From: Lytechinus pictus
Lineage: Eukaryota
Direction of reading: 5' to 3'
Assembly (NCBI RefSeq): GCF_037042905.1
Contig: NC_087252.1
Location: 16,432,001 to 16,496,000 of the forward strand
DNA: 64,000 nucleotides
Shown: in pieces, positions 25,601 to 38,779 of the stretch
Layout: every line of letters begins with the position of its first letter
Numbering within the stretch: the first letter of the stretch is position 1
The notes under the pieces: model-generated
The model's database searches: none
What the model saw: the letters and a program-made list of their open reading frames with translations, nothing else
What the model was told of the DNA's origin: nothing
Translations under genes and position numbers: made by a program

Positions 25601-28600
25601 ATATTTTCATGGGATACTTAAAATTTTTTGTGACCGAAATGTTTAATAGCTGGTTTACGCATTCGAAAATGGTCGTAAACACCCCAAAATCGATGTAAAA
25701 CGACACGTACAAGTTTTCAGCACATTTCAAATTAGGATAAATCCAAAATGAAAAGGGAGCAATCACTGGTATTGTCTGTAATGGTAGTCTGTAATGAGTA
25801 CTAAAAGGATATGCATCACAAATAGTTTGTCTTATTTGCAATGACCTTGAAAAACACAGCTGAAAATCATCAAAAACAATAAATCGGGTCAATTTTCCGT
25901 AATGATAGGGCGTTAAAATGTGTTTACACCCACTTTCACTTGTTGGTCATTTCAATACTAATGGTGACTTTAAGCTGATTGCAAATCATGTTCGTTTCTG
26001 GTTCTATTTTAAGCTCCAAATAATATATAAAGTCATATCTTTATCTTTTGACCTTGACATTGATCTAAAAATAGCTATAAATGCCCTAACATTAGCATAT
26101 TCACAACACGTGAGCTTTACAACACATTTCAAAATTGATTTTCTCACAGACTGAATGCTTGATCATATGGATATTTGCAGTATTGGTAGTCCATAATGAG
26201 TACTTTGAAGATATAGTATTAATTATTTGTTCTTACATGACAATGACCTTGAAAATACAGCTGAAATCCACACAAAAATTCAATAATCCGCCGATATCCC
26301 ATTATTATAGGTTGTTTACACCCACTTTCACTTGTGTGTCATTTCAATACTAATGGTGACTTTAAGCTGATAATTGCAAATCATGTTCCTTTCTGGTTAT
26401 ATTTTAAGCTCCAAATAATATATAAAGTCATATCTTTATCTTTTGACCTTGACATTGATCTAAAAATAGCTATAAATGCCCTAACATTAGCATATTCACA
26501 ACATGTGAGCTTTACAACACATTTCAAAATTGATTTTCTCACAGACTAAATGCCTGATCATATGGATATTTGCAGTATTGGTAGTCCATAATGAGTACTT
26601 GGAAGATATAGTATTAATTAATTGTTCTTACATGACAATGACCTTGAAAATACAGCTGAAATCCACACAAAAATTCAATAATCCGCCGATATCCCATTAT
26701 TATAGGTTGTTTACACCCACTTTCACTTGTGTGTCATTTCAATACTAATGGTGACTTTAAGCCGATAATTGCAAATCGTGTTCCTTTCTGGTTCTATTTT
26801 AGGCTCCAAATAATACATAAAGTCATATCTTTATCTTTTGACCTTGACATTCGTATTTTGCCCATTTCTTGGAAAATTCTACATTTTTGGAGCCCCATTG
26901 AAGGGAAAAGACGTTTCTGCTTTGCAGTAAAGGCACTTTTACTGTTGTTTAACCACTTCAGGGATAACAGAGTAGAGTTTTCTCTATCTGCTACATATAA
27001 AGAAGTGCTGGTACAGCAAAGCCTATCCCCTCTGGGGACTGCCAAAGTTACCCACCCTTTTTACGTATTTTATCCATTTACGGGAAAATATGCTAATCTG
27101 GAGCCCCGATTGAGGCAAAAAACGTTTTTGATATGGAATAAAGCCACTTTCATTCTTTTGAAACTCCATGGAGATAAAAGAGTAGAGTTTCCTCTATCTG
27201 CTACATATACAAAAGTGCTAGCATAATGAAGCATACCCCCTTAAGGGAGCGTCGAAATCACCCACCCCTTTTTCATATTTCACCTATTTATGGGGAAATG
27301 TGCTATTTTCGAGCCCCCATTGAGCCAAAAAGTGTTGCTGCTATGTAGTAAGGCCACCTTTATTATTTTTAAACTATATGGAGACGAAAGAGTAGAGTTT
27401 CCTCTATCTGCTACATATAAAGGAGTGCTGATACAGCAAAGCCTACCCCCTTTGGGGACTGCTGAAGTTATCCGCCCCTTTTACGTATTTTGCCCATTAA
27501 TGGGAAAATATGCTATTTTGGAGCCCCGATTTAGGCAAAAACGTTTCTGATATGGAATAAAGCCACTTTAATTCTTTTGAAACTCCATGGAGATAAAAGA
27601 GTAGAGTTTCCTCTATCTGCTACATATAAAAAAGTGCTAGTATATTGAAGCATACCCCCTTAAGGTAGCGTCGAAATCACCTACCCCTTTTCCATGTTTT
27701 ACCTATTTATGGGAAAATGCTATTTTCGAGCCCCCATTGAGGCAAAAAGTGTTGCTGCTATGTTGTAAGGCAAATTTTTATTGTTTTTAAACTATATGGA
27801 GACGAAAGAGTAGAGTTTCCTCTATCTGCTACATCTAAAGAAGTGTTGGCATATTGGAGCATATGCCCTTAGGGGGTCGCCGAAATCCCCCACCCCTTTT
27901 CCATATTTTACCTATTTATGGGAAAATGCTATTTTCGAGCCCCCATTGAGGCAAAAAATGTTTCTGCTATATAGTAAAGCCAGTTTTATTCTTTTGAAAC
28001 TACGTGGAATTAAATGAGTAGGCTTTCTTCTACCTGCTGCTAAAAAGTGGTTGCACAGCAAAGCCTATCCCCTCTGTGGGTTCCCAAAGTCACCCACCCC
28101 TTTTCCATATTTTTTCCAATATATGGGAAAATCTGCCAATCTTGGAGCCTCTGAAGAAGGAAGAAGTCGATATGCCAGCACTCTTTTTTATGTAGCTGAT
28201 AGAAAAAAAGCCTATTATTTTATTTCCAAGTGGTTTCCAAAATCAAAACTAGCATAGCTATATAGCAGAAATGACCTTTTGCCTGAATGGGGGCTCAAAC
28301 ACTGCAATTTTTCCAATAAAGAGGGAAAATAGACGTAAAAGTTGGAAGAGTTCGGCAGCCCCTGAAGGGGGAAGGCTTCATTGTGCTACCACATCTTTAT
28401 ATGTAACTGATAAGAAGATCATACTTTGCCATCTTTATGTGCTTACAAAACAAAAACAAGGGCTTTACTGCAAGGCAGAAACACCTCTTGCCTCAATGGT
28501 TCTCCAAAATGACGAATTTTCCGAGAAATTGGCAAAATACAAAAAAGGATTGGGTGACTTTGGCAGCCCCCTGAGGGGTAGGCTTTGCTATGTCCTAACT

Positions 28601-31600
28601 TCTTTATATGTAGCTGATAGAGAAAAACCTACTCTTTTGTCTCTAAGTGATTTAAAAGAAAAAAATACATACCCAAAACAAAATTTTGCCACATTGGGGG
28701 CTCCGAAAAGCACGATATCATAATAGTCAAGCTACGGATAAGGGTGTGGTATGTAACCTTCTACTGGCTCTTGTGGGACTATGCTTTAAGGTGCCCGAAA
28801 GTAATTGCATGCAAAATGAAAACGCAGAGCAATGCCTCGATCCTCTATCTTTTTCAAGAGATTTCATTATTATAAAAGTTGCTTTGTGTAGAAAATGCCT
28901 TTTACCCTCATACACATGATACAAGTAATACATACCTTTATATCGATCGCTAAGCACGTTACATGACTTTTCTGCATGTTAGGCACATCAACAAATGCGA
29001 TGCAAGATAAAAACAGATAGATGTCAATGCACATGATTATCTTGGTTCAATTATATTTATACATTCTTGTGTTTTTTTTCAAAATATATTATTACAGAAA
29101 ACAATTTCAACCGATTTCTACTATCCAAATCATACTGAAATGCGTATTTATTTAAGATTGTCCCATTGTCAGACTCTGACAAATAATTGATTTTCATTAA
29201 AAAAAAGTCCAAGAGGGCCGCAAAAGATATCAATTTTGAACCCCGTTGGACACGATTTTGCAAAGAGAACATCAAGATTCATTAACTAGACACTTCAGGC
29301 AATAACAAAAACGTTGAGTGAAAAATATTTTGATGGTAGACAGGAACCCCCTTTTCCGACTTGACTACAACGATGCAGTCATACATGGTATAGGTTCGTT
29401 GTTGAAAACTAGGCTGAAAACGTAGCCTATAGACTGCCCAGTGGGCAATCAATCTTTGCTGAAGTAATTTATTTATTAGCAGAGACATAATTAAGATGAA
29501 AATATGTTGTTTGGAAGATTTAATATCATGCAAAATGCAGGAAACATCAATAAAGTAGGCATATCGTTCGCACACCTCAGCTATATGATAAAAATAGGCC
29601 AAAAACGCATGATTTCTATGTGCGCATCATATTGAAAAGTGGGCTGAAATCACAGTCTATAATGTCATTTCCAATTACTGGCATATATTTTCTAAAAGTA
29701 GAGATATAGATAAAGAGAATGATATTATGCTTGAGAGGAAATATATTTAAAAAATTACATTAAAAAAGAAAATGAATTTCTGATTCGATTTTTGACAATG
29801 TTTGATGCAAGAAATCTCCCACACTAATGATATGCAAATTTCATTACGTAATTTGCATATGTAAACTATAATTTCTGTTCGTGAAATTTTGCATATCTCT
29901 TGTGCACTATCTGAACAATATATTTTGAAAGTTTCATACAAAACAAGCATGATTTGGCTGAGATATTTCCCCTTGACTTCATGCTATGTGTAGAATGTCT
30001 AAAAAATGGTGAAATAGGGCCATTTTGTAGTGACGTCATATATTACGTCATTTCGGAAGGAAGACCACGGATAGAACCCGGCATCAATGCATTTTTGTAA
30101 ACTTCAGGGTCCATGCCATCCAGCTATGGGGTCATTTGCTTGTCCGGCTTTCGGTTGAATAAACCTCCTGGGCTGCCGGACTATATGTATATGTATTAAT
30201 TTTTTTGCCAAGACTTTGGTACTTAAAAACCAGGATAATATACGAGCACCTAGCATGGTGGATACGTTCACTATGCAAATTCTATATTATTATTATTAAA
30301 CTGAATTAATTTGAAACATATTTTCTTTGGTCCAACAGCTGTCCAGAAAAAGGTGCATGCTTTAGCAAAGCAGAAAAACTGTGATGATCTGCTTGCTTGG
30401 GAGAGTAGCATCAGAAATCATCTTTATTGGGTGGCATCATCAACGAAGGATGGGGAAGGTGACCTCAAAGAAGCGAAATGGGGATCCCTGGTGAACCATA
30501 TACAGAATCAGCATGAGGGCCATTCGGAGCTGTTCCCTGCATGCCTCCATGGGAACCTTGAAGGCGCGAGACAAAAGAACTGGCTCAAACCACGTAAGTG
30601 CATAATCATTTAATTCAGCATGTTCTAATTTTAATCATGATACTCAAGAGCATATATAAATACATGTAGTTTATTTTCCCCTCTCGTGGATGAAAATAAA
30701 GGGAAGCTCTACTGGCTCAGATATTGTTTCTTTTTATATTAGTATTATTGTACTATTAATGTAGTAATTACTATTATTTTTCTAATTTATAGCAATTTTC
30801 ATTAGTGTGCTTATTACTTAGTTGGATTCCAAGTAATATATTTCATGCATTATGGCAAAGTGGCTAATGGATTAACTTTTTGTGTTGATAAATTTTATAA
30901 CAACAATCCTGTTTATCATTGACTTATCTTTCATATTGAAATAGACACATTGGTTACTGAGAAGCTTGAGGACATCTTACTCGCTACAGTCCTGGTAAAG
31001 GACATCAGGAGGATGTCCTCTGGAGAGCAAACTTCATCCCTTGAATCGTTTCATAGTGTGATCAATCAATTTGCTCCGAAGATGAGGTCATACAAGTATC
31101 ATGGAATGTTAAGCAGGCAAGTCATTCCCCATTTTTAGTGAATGATTTTGAAAAGTCAATGCAATGGATTTTATATGGAACAAACAGCAAATTAGCACAC
31201 AGATACATAGGTACTTTTTAAAAACTAAAAACAGGAAAAGCTGTATTCTTAGAAAATCTGATCGTGTGTGGTTGCTATAATGTAAACTTTTACTGATGTG
31301 TTATTACATGGATGATAATTTTTCACCCTCCCTGTTTGTCAGAAGTGTGTTTGCTTAGATATATAGATTATTTTGTAGTTTGTTCCCATTTCAGGCTTCA
31401 TTTGGCAGCATTGCACTTCAACGAAAACAGTGACCGCAAGCAGGCGACCACAAAGGATGGGGAGGCTCGCTATGCCATCAACAAGCCAAAGTACAAACCA
31501 GGAGCTGCTACTGCCAAAGCTATCAAAGAAGCACGAACCTACAGTAAGTGAAGACTTTTACTTGAAATTTAGGTATAATTTACATAATTTTACAAGAAGA

Positions 31601-32060
31601 CTTTAAAATAGGTTGAAACGTACCTTGGTTTAATTGAGACTGAAGAAATACCTTTGTCTTAAAATGAAAATTTGCTGTAAATGATAGAATATAAAGAGAA
31701 GCACACTTTAAAAGTTTCAACTTTGCCAAGGTTAACTACCGGTATATACAAACATCATTTATTAGAGTATTGATTGCAAATGATACATCCAATACCAAGA
31801 TACAAAGAAGATATGGAAAGGATGGTAAGATTATTTAGACTCAAGAACTTTTATCAAAAACAAAGTGTATTTTTATGTTTTTCCATTTGTATTTAGACTA
31901 TGTTGGTGAACTCATGGCTGACATTTCAGAATACGATAGCAATGCATCACCTCCTGCAAGACGGCCGTCACCACCATCACTGACTAGTGGACACACCTAT
32001 CCACCTAGGGAACAGATAATTCAACAGCATCGCAGCAGATTTTCTTCTACTCAGAAATAG
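19295..32060 (+). CDS. Kolobok-type transposase (THAP + Zn finger + DDE), 10 exons, ~828 aa; exon 6 donor apparently mutated
   Basis: Exons: 19295-19633, 20689-20892, 22046-22133, 22573-22930, 23055-23625, 24149-24335, 30339-30593, 30945-31116, 31395-31543, 31897-32060 (2487 nt, phases compatible). Motifs: THAP (MPNRCIVAGC...LHRFP...W...ICSDHF...AVPTI), CQEC...CLTC, GDGRADSPGH, LITDRH, DVWH, H-H-C-H (HIQNQHEGH...CLH), TSSLESFHS, AALHFNEN. Confidence 0.88.
25920..26850 (+). repeat. ~395-bp tandem repeat (~2.3 copies) in transposase intron 6
   Basis: TGTTTACACCCACTTTCAC at 25921, 26313 and 26708. Confidence 0.9.
26850..28710. repeat. ~210-bp tandem array that switches orientation
   Basis: AGAGTAGAGTTTCCTCTATCTGCTACATA recurs about every 210 bp from ~26970 to ~28020. 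Reverse-complement units (TATGTAGCTGATAG) follow at ~28190, ~28400 and ~28610. Confidence 0.8.
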
Positions 32061-32260
32061 CTGATGAACTCTACCATGATCTGAAGTTACAGTAGTTTGG
32101 ATGTAAACCGTTGTTCACTTTTATAATGATCTTGTGCTGCCCTCAGATGTGAACTTACATATTATTTTTTCCATTATCAACAAGTATTTTGTCCGCACAA
32201 TGAATTTCATCACCTCAGTTTGATTTGGCCTATTTCATCTCTTATACAAGAATTGTCATC

Positions 32261-32266
32261 AATAAA
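32261..32266 (+). terminator. Candidate polyadenylation signal of the transposase gene
   Basis: AATAAA about 200 bp after the stop codon, with a second copy immediately downstream. Confidence 0.4.
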
Positions 32267-34609
32267 CAATAAAAAACAAATTGATTTAATTTGAGATGGA
32301 AAATGGTTTCTTTTAAAATTGTTTAAAAGTCTCATCAATATACTAGACATTTTTATACAGTACATTTTATCAGGTTAAAAACAAAGGTAATGGTTATAAC
32401 ATTCCTAAGCTTTGATGTTAGCTGTATTTCATATAATTCATTTGGACAAAAATGTACCTATTGAAAGATAATAAAGAATCATGGCGATTTGTCAACAATT
32501 TCTGTAACTGCAAAGTCATCATTTAATTTCAATGTCAAGAATTCTGGGCTTCATTTTCAAAACGTCTTAAAGATAATAGTAACAAATATGTGTTTTTAAT
32601 TTGAAAAATGAAATGTAGCAGTCTGATTTTTTAAATTATCTGGCATGTAGATGTTGAAGATACAGATTATATTTGCACTTGACCTTGTGGGGTTATTATT
32701 TTTGGCTGCCATGATTTCGATGTTAGGAAGAAAAGATTTTAATTCTCAACGGTATGGAATTTATGTCAATACAAGATTCAACAGAGTACAGTAATTGCGG
32801 TTGAATATTCAGTTTTAAGTTTCGACCTTCATAAGTTTGAGAGGAAATTGCTTTTCAAAAAGAAACATTGTTAAGGTGTATATAGTGAAACATGATTCCC
32901 TGATATATACTAAAGTAGTGTCATATTTGAAAATGTGTAAACAGGTTTTTAACAGATGTTCTTTGTATTTCGGATGTAGAGTCGAAATAAAGAAATCTAG
33001 TAAGAATGACTTTATATTGTGTTGAATGAAAGACATAGAATCCAGTAAATGTGTAAGCTTAGTTTGGTGATAATGCAAGAAGGGTACAGCATCAAGAAAT
33101 ATGTACAATTAGTTTGTGGTATCACTTGAGACATCCCTATGTAGCTTGATTTACAGAGTGATAAAAAGAAAGTCAGTATTGATTGTTCATCTTGAATTCT
33201 AACAGTTATGTTATAATAAAGGCATAACCTTGCAACACAAGGTTCATAATTTCTTTGAAAGGTTTAGTATTTCATTCAGAAGGGGACATGCTTTATACTA
33301 CATATGTATGCTAATTAAATACTCCCATATTTAATTTCAATTCAAAAGAATTAAGTTGTTTGTTTGTTTTAAATCTACAAATAGATGCGTAGACTCTCTG
33401 TCATCTACCATGTTATCTTTGATATTAGTTTTTGTGTGTCAGAACCAGGGTAGGAAATGATTTTCATGTTTCGTTTTTAGGGGCTACTCTACCTGCATAA
33501 TGTGAAATTACTATTTTTTAATCGGGGCAGATTTTTCGGCGATTCTGTCATTTGAGGAATTTTGGGACGATTTTGGGTTGTCTAAGGGGGAAATCACCTG
33601 ACACTTTCATGTATTTCCTGTTCTGGTCAGAATGGTAACTTTAGACAGTCCACTCCTGTGTATAATTATGGTTGGGACCAATTTCCCTGCTTAGACAATA
33701 ATGTGGAGAATAACAGAAAACAATTGATTTTGGCAAATTTTGTAGGGTAAGGGTTAGGATAGTGATTCATGGAATTGTTATTCATGTATGCTTTATTGAG
33801 CTCATTTCTTTCTTTGATAAATATTGGTGCCAAACTTCACAAGAGTTCTAGAACTTGACATTACATATATATTTTAATTTAGAAGGAAGGTTGTGAATGA
33901 AGCCACAAATGTCATGTACTTCACAAGGAAAATCGCTTGAATTTACCCGATAATAGAACCTTGTTATTCTGAATACGGACTATTTGCACATACAGTGCCG
34001 GCCGCGGGAAACGTCACAGTGCCCCCTAGGGCGAACGCGGTAGCCCGTAGCGGACATTTGAGGGGAGCGGACGAGGGAAGACGCCCGCGTCCGCTCCCCT
34101 AGGGCATGAGTGCCCTAGGGGAGCGCCCGAGGATAGTGCCCGCGTCTATCCTAGGGTGTTTCCCTAGGATGTTCGGCCGTGCATTCTTGGTCGAAAGAGG
34201 AGGTCTGATTTGACACATTCGTTCAAGACTGCATGTGATTTTATCTCATATCAAGCATAGGTTTTCGATAATTTATTGTGGATAAAATCTGTTATGAAAA
34301 TTACAAAGTTTTGGGTTGATAACTGGGATTTTAGGCTTTTCACCGAATTACTTATTGTGTTCGATTACACACTGGCACCAGCGTAAAGGGTCCTTTCCTA
34401 TACATGTATATGAATATTCTCCCGTGGTGTCCGTTATTTCATTCACTGACTTGGTTAGTCGTGATCGTAAATGAGTTTCTGACCAAGGAGCAGGTATTTG
34501 TCGATGATGACCCTAAGAGGTCGTCTTAGAACTATTTACTCTATTCTTTCCCTACATGGTCATCCTTTTTTATATACCCTGACATGCATTTCAGGCGCGG
34601 ATCTACGAG

Positions 34610-35120
34610 ATGCAAATAAAAGGGAGAAGAAAGCAAAAATGAAAGAAAAGCCGAAAATGAAGGGATGGATTGAGGACGAGAAGGAAAGAGATAAGATAAA
34701 TAGAAAAAGTGAGAGAAGGGGAAAGGGGAGAAAGAGAAAATAGAGCGGAGGGGGGAGGAGAAAGAGGGAGAGGGGGTAAAGAAAAGAAATAAGGAAAGGT
34801 GAAATAGAGAAGAAAACAGAGGGGATAAAAAAGGGAAGGTGAGGCAGAAAGAAAAGAGGGAAAAGGAGAAAAGGAAAATAGATTGAAAATCGAAGGGGAG
34901 AAGAAGATACAAAGGAAGAAAATGAAGGACAGAATGAGAAAGAGAGAATGATAAGGAGGGGGAAATTAAATAAAATGAAGAAGGGAGACATAATAAAATG
35001 GAGTAAAAAAGGAGAGAAAGGGAAGAGAAGGAAGGGCGCAGGAAAAGGTAAGAAGTACAGGGGACAATATAAGTGGGACTTAAGAAAAAGTAGAGGAAAA
35101 GAGAGAAAGTGGGAAGAAAA
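34610..35120 (+). repeat. Polypurine (GA-rich) low-complexity tract
   Basis: Almost exclusively A/G; a similar tract lies at ~40460-40900. Confidence 0.8.
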
Positions 35121-35578
35121 GTTTGGGAATTTGTCCAGATTTTCATGTCAGAAAATACGTTAGTAACTCGCATTTGCCCATTTTTACGCTGATGACAAGT
35201 ATTGAACATTCTTGCGCTTAATCTTGTAATTATTTTCTCTCACCATGCTCACAATCTCCTGCTCTCGTTGCATCAACTAAAAACTTATCCCGAATTTACA
35301 TCCGCTCATTCAAGAAAGAAGAACGAAAAATTAAAGAAAAAGGCAAATAGGAAGGGATGGAGGGAAAATGAGAAGGAAATAGAAGAAGTGAGAGAAGCAG
35401 AAGGGAGCGAAGAAACGAAGGGGAAAGGGGAGAAAGAGAAAATAGAGGGGCTTATTGTTTCATGGTAATATGGATACCATATAGTTCTGCAGTACTTAGT
35501 TATGAAACTTGTTTTACTCAGTAATGCTCACGCGTGATGATTAAAAGGATTTTCGACTATTTAAAGGTGAACCGGGAC

Positions 35579-35765
35579 GCGAAATTATTTTTCCCACCGA
35601 GTTCTGGACCAACATATGAATATTCATGACTTGCGTCTTCGGATTAAGAGTACGCATGCGCGTGGACTCTGCCTCGACCAGTGCCGGTCGTAAGCATTCA
35701 CGTTCAGTTGCTCATAATGAATTAGCATCGTCAAATTACCGGTACCCTTACATAGGCCTTATAGG

Positions 35766-35802
<37 letters not shown>

Positions 35803-38779
35803 AATTCTTAAACACTTATCAAACTAGCTGCCATTAATGGCAAGACATGTGCTAGGCTAGGGCTAGCTTAGGCTAACGCATTAACTTTACCTCAAATCTG
35901 TCTAATGCCTAATACTAATAGTAATAGCCGACTAATGCCATGGTTAAAAACTTCGAACCGGTAAATTCCGAACTTTACATTTGATTTTATTTACCATGGT
36001 TTAATATGTCTAGTCCGTATACAGAACCAGTCCTAGATCTAAAAAAAATATCTTAGTTCTAGTCTAGTCTCTAGATCTAGACTCTGATCTACGCTGTATC
36101 AGCATGGAACAACTAGTGTACCAAGGGGGGGGGGGGGGCAGACTGCCCCCTGACAATTTACAACTGATCCAGGGGACGTGCCCTCCTCCCTTTGAAAAGC
36201 CAAATTAATAATTTGTAATGTCAAAATGCAACAAAAAAAGACTTATGTCCCCTCTTTTGAACGTGAAGATCTTTTTTTTGCTTGTCAAATTTTTTTCAGC
36301 TAAGAAATCCTTAATTTGGGGGGAAGACGAGGATCAAGATCACTGACGTTAGTTTGTGCCTGACGTTAGAATACGTTCCATGCAATGCAGTGGCGTAGCT
36401 AGGATTTTTTTCTGGGGGGCACTGGGGGGGGGGGGGGTCCTTGCTTTTTCGGGGGGGGGGCACCGGCCATTTTTTCCGGTGTGTGTGTATGTGTCACAAG
36501 GGCGGATCGGACTTTCGCCAATAGGGGACGGGGCCCGAAATCATCTTCACCTATGTTTTCCCCGATCAGTCACTTCTTAGTTTTATTCTTATAAAACAAC
36601 ATAAACATGAAATAATCTCATAAGCCTTATAAAAAGTGTGAACGCAAAGCGCGAGCTAAAAAATTGTGATATTCAAACCTGAAAACTGGATACTCTAAGC
36701 ATTTTTTGTGAACTGGAAGAGAACGAGTACAATAATTGATTTGTGATTTTCCAACCATAAAGCAACATTCTATACATTTTTGTAACTATGAGCAGGACTA
36801 GTACTGTACTAAACAATAATTGATGCAAGCACGATTCAAAATCTGTAATTTTCGAACCTAAAATGTATTATTATTAAAGAAGGTATATTTCTTTTTTAAA
36901 AAGGGCATATTTCATTTGAAAAAAAAAAACCTACAGGGATTTTTTTTTTTTGGGGGGGGGGGGGCAAGAGAGCACAAAGCGCAAGCTAAAATTTTCAAAT
37001 GCTTAAACTGAAAATGAGTCATTTTTAGGACTCTTGTTAGTTTTCATATTTTTTTTTTTGGGGGGGGGGGCAAGAGAGCACAAAGCGCAAGCTAAAATTT
37101 TCAAATGCTTAAACTGAAAATGAGTCATTTTTAGGACTCTTGTCAGTTTTCATATTTTTTTCTACTTACAACCACTTTTGAATTTCAATTCTCATTTCTT
37201 GTATCTTCTACACTTATTTTACCTTAAAAAACAGAATAAAGAATACTAACAAATAAAGTTATATTCAAAAGGATATAAAGTAAACAGGGCGCACCCCATA
37301 CCCTTAGTTGGGAGAGGGTAAATCTTAATTATTTCTTTAAACAGTTAATCAATCATTAATACTTGTTGATAAAATTAATGATAATTAATCATTCAATTAC
37401 TATTTTTTATTAATCATTATTTCTTGAAACCATATTGACACAAAAACAAATACGTTGTTTATTTCCTTGAAACTGTAGAGAAATGCATGAAATTCACTGT
37501 TGAACGATATATGATTAAAAAGAAGTAAACATTTTCCCCCTCTGCTTTGTCAATCTGACCCAAAACAAATATACAATTTAGAAAAGAGATAGAGAGAAGA
37601 AGAACTTCCACCACCAAGAATACACTTAGATAAGGGGGGAAGGGAAAGGAAAAGATGGAGTAAATGTGATATTATTTTTTAAAAAATCTATCGCAAAATT
37701 AGCTTTTCCTATAGAAGGAGAGGGAAATTTTGTTCACTCGCTCGCTTCAATCGCTTTCTTCTTTTTTTTGACAGAAATTTTGCTCTATATGCCATGCTTG
37801 GCCCCTCAAAGTTTCTGGCTCATCATGCCATTGACATTTGGATATGACAAAATTGAAGACTGTGTTCTAGTTTACCAAATCTTTTATAGAATATCATGAA
37901 GACTTAAAAGATTCTTGTTGGCCAAAGAAAGTAATACAAGGAAAATCCTAATGGAATAGAAATAAACCTTGTTATCGTGCTTTAGAGTTAGCTATGTTTT
38001 AAGTATGAAAATTGTTGTCAAAATTGCAGTCAGATGTCAAATTTATTCTTGTCATCAAAGCACTATTATCTTGATCTTGATCATTATTATTTACTGTCAT
38101 TATCATCATTAGTCATGATTACAACACATTACTAAAACATAATGCTATTTTTCATAACTGATGTATTCTTTGTTTGAACATTCTTGATAATGGTGACAAT
38201 TAAAATTGATGACACTGCTAGTACACTTACTACTGCTGCTGCTAATGTTACTGGTGACTGGTAGTATTGGCCATTAGTGTCATTAAATATAAAAAAAAAC
38301 AATTGAAACATTTATAATTACTTATTTAAAACAAATGAAAGTACAAAATACAAAATGCCTTGAAAAGGCCTTGAAAATGCCTTGAAAATGCCTTGAAATT
38401 TCAAGGCTCAAAATCCTCAAGGCCAAGGCCAAGGCTTGAATGTTCAACACTGATTAGTACTAGGCATTAGACAGGTCCAGATTTGAGGTAAAGTTAATGC
38501 GCTAGCCTAAGCAAGCCCTATAGCCTAGCACATGTCTTGCCATTAATGGCAGCTAGTTTGATAAGTGTTTAAGAATTGGATATATATAAGGCCTATGTAA
38601 CTATGTAAGGGTACTGGTAATTTGACGATGCTAATATTCATTCTGAGCAACTGAACGTGAATGCTTACGACCAGCACTGGTCGAGGCAGAGTCCACGCGC
38701 ATGCGTACTCTTAATCCGAAGACGCAAGTCATGAATATTCATATGTTGGTCCAGAACTCGGTGGGAAAAATAATTTCGC
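35579..38779. mobile_element. Mutator-like non-autonomous element (9-bp TSD, ~330-bp TIRs)
   Basis: TSD AACCGGGAC at 35570-35578 and 38780-38788. TIRs start GCGAAATTATTTTTCCCACCGAG and span ~35579-35912 and ~38460-38779. Confidence 0.9.

Noticed and set aside
24336..30338. U12-type AT-AC intron
   Set aside because: The donor ATATGTTT lacks the ATATCCTT consensus and the acceptor is AG.
19295..32060. P-element/THAP9 transposase or a host THAP gene
   Set aside because: The core motifs (DGRxDSPGH, TDRH, DVWH, LESFHS), TTAA TSD and KolX partner fit Kolobok. P elements have CA...TG ends and 7-8-bp TSDs.
34498..35468. K/E/R-rich and F/S/L-rich ORFs (also at 40646-40921)
   Set aside because: Translations of polypurine low-complexity sequence.
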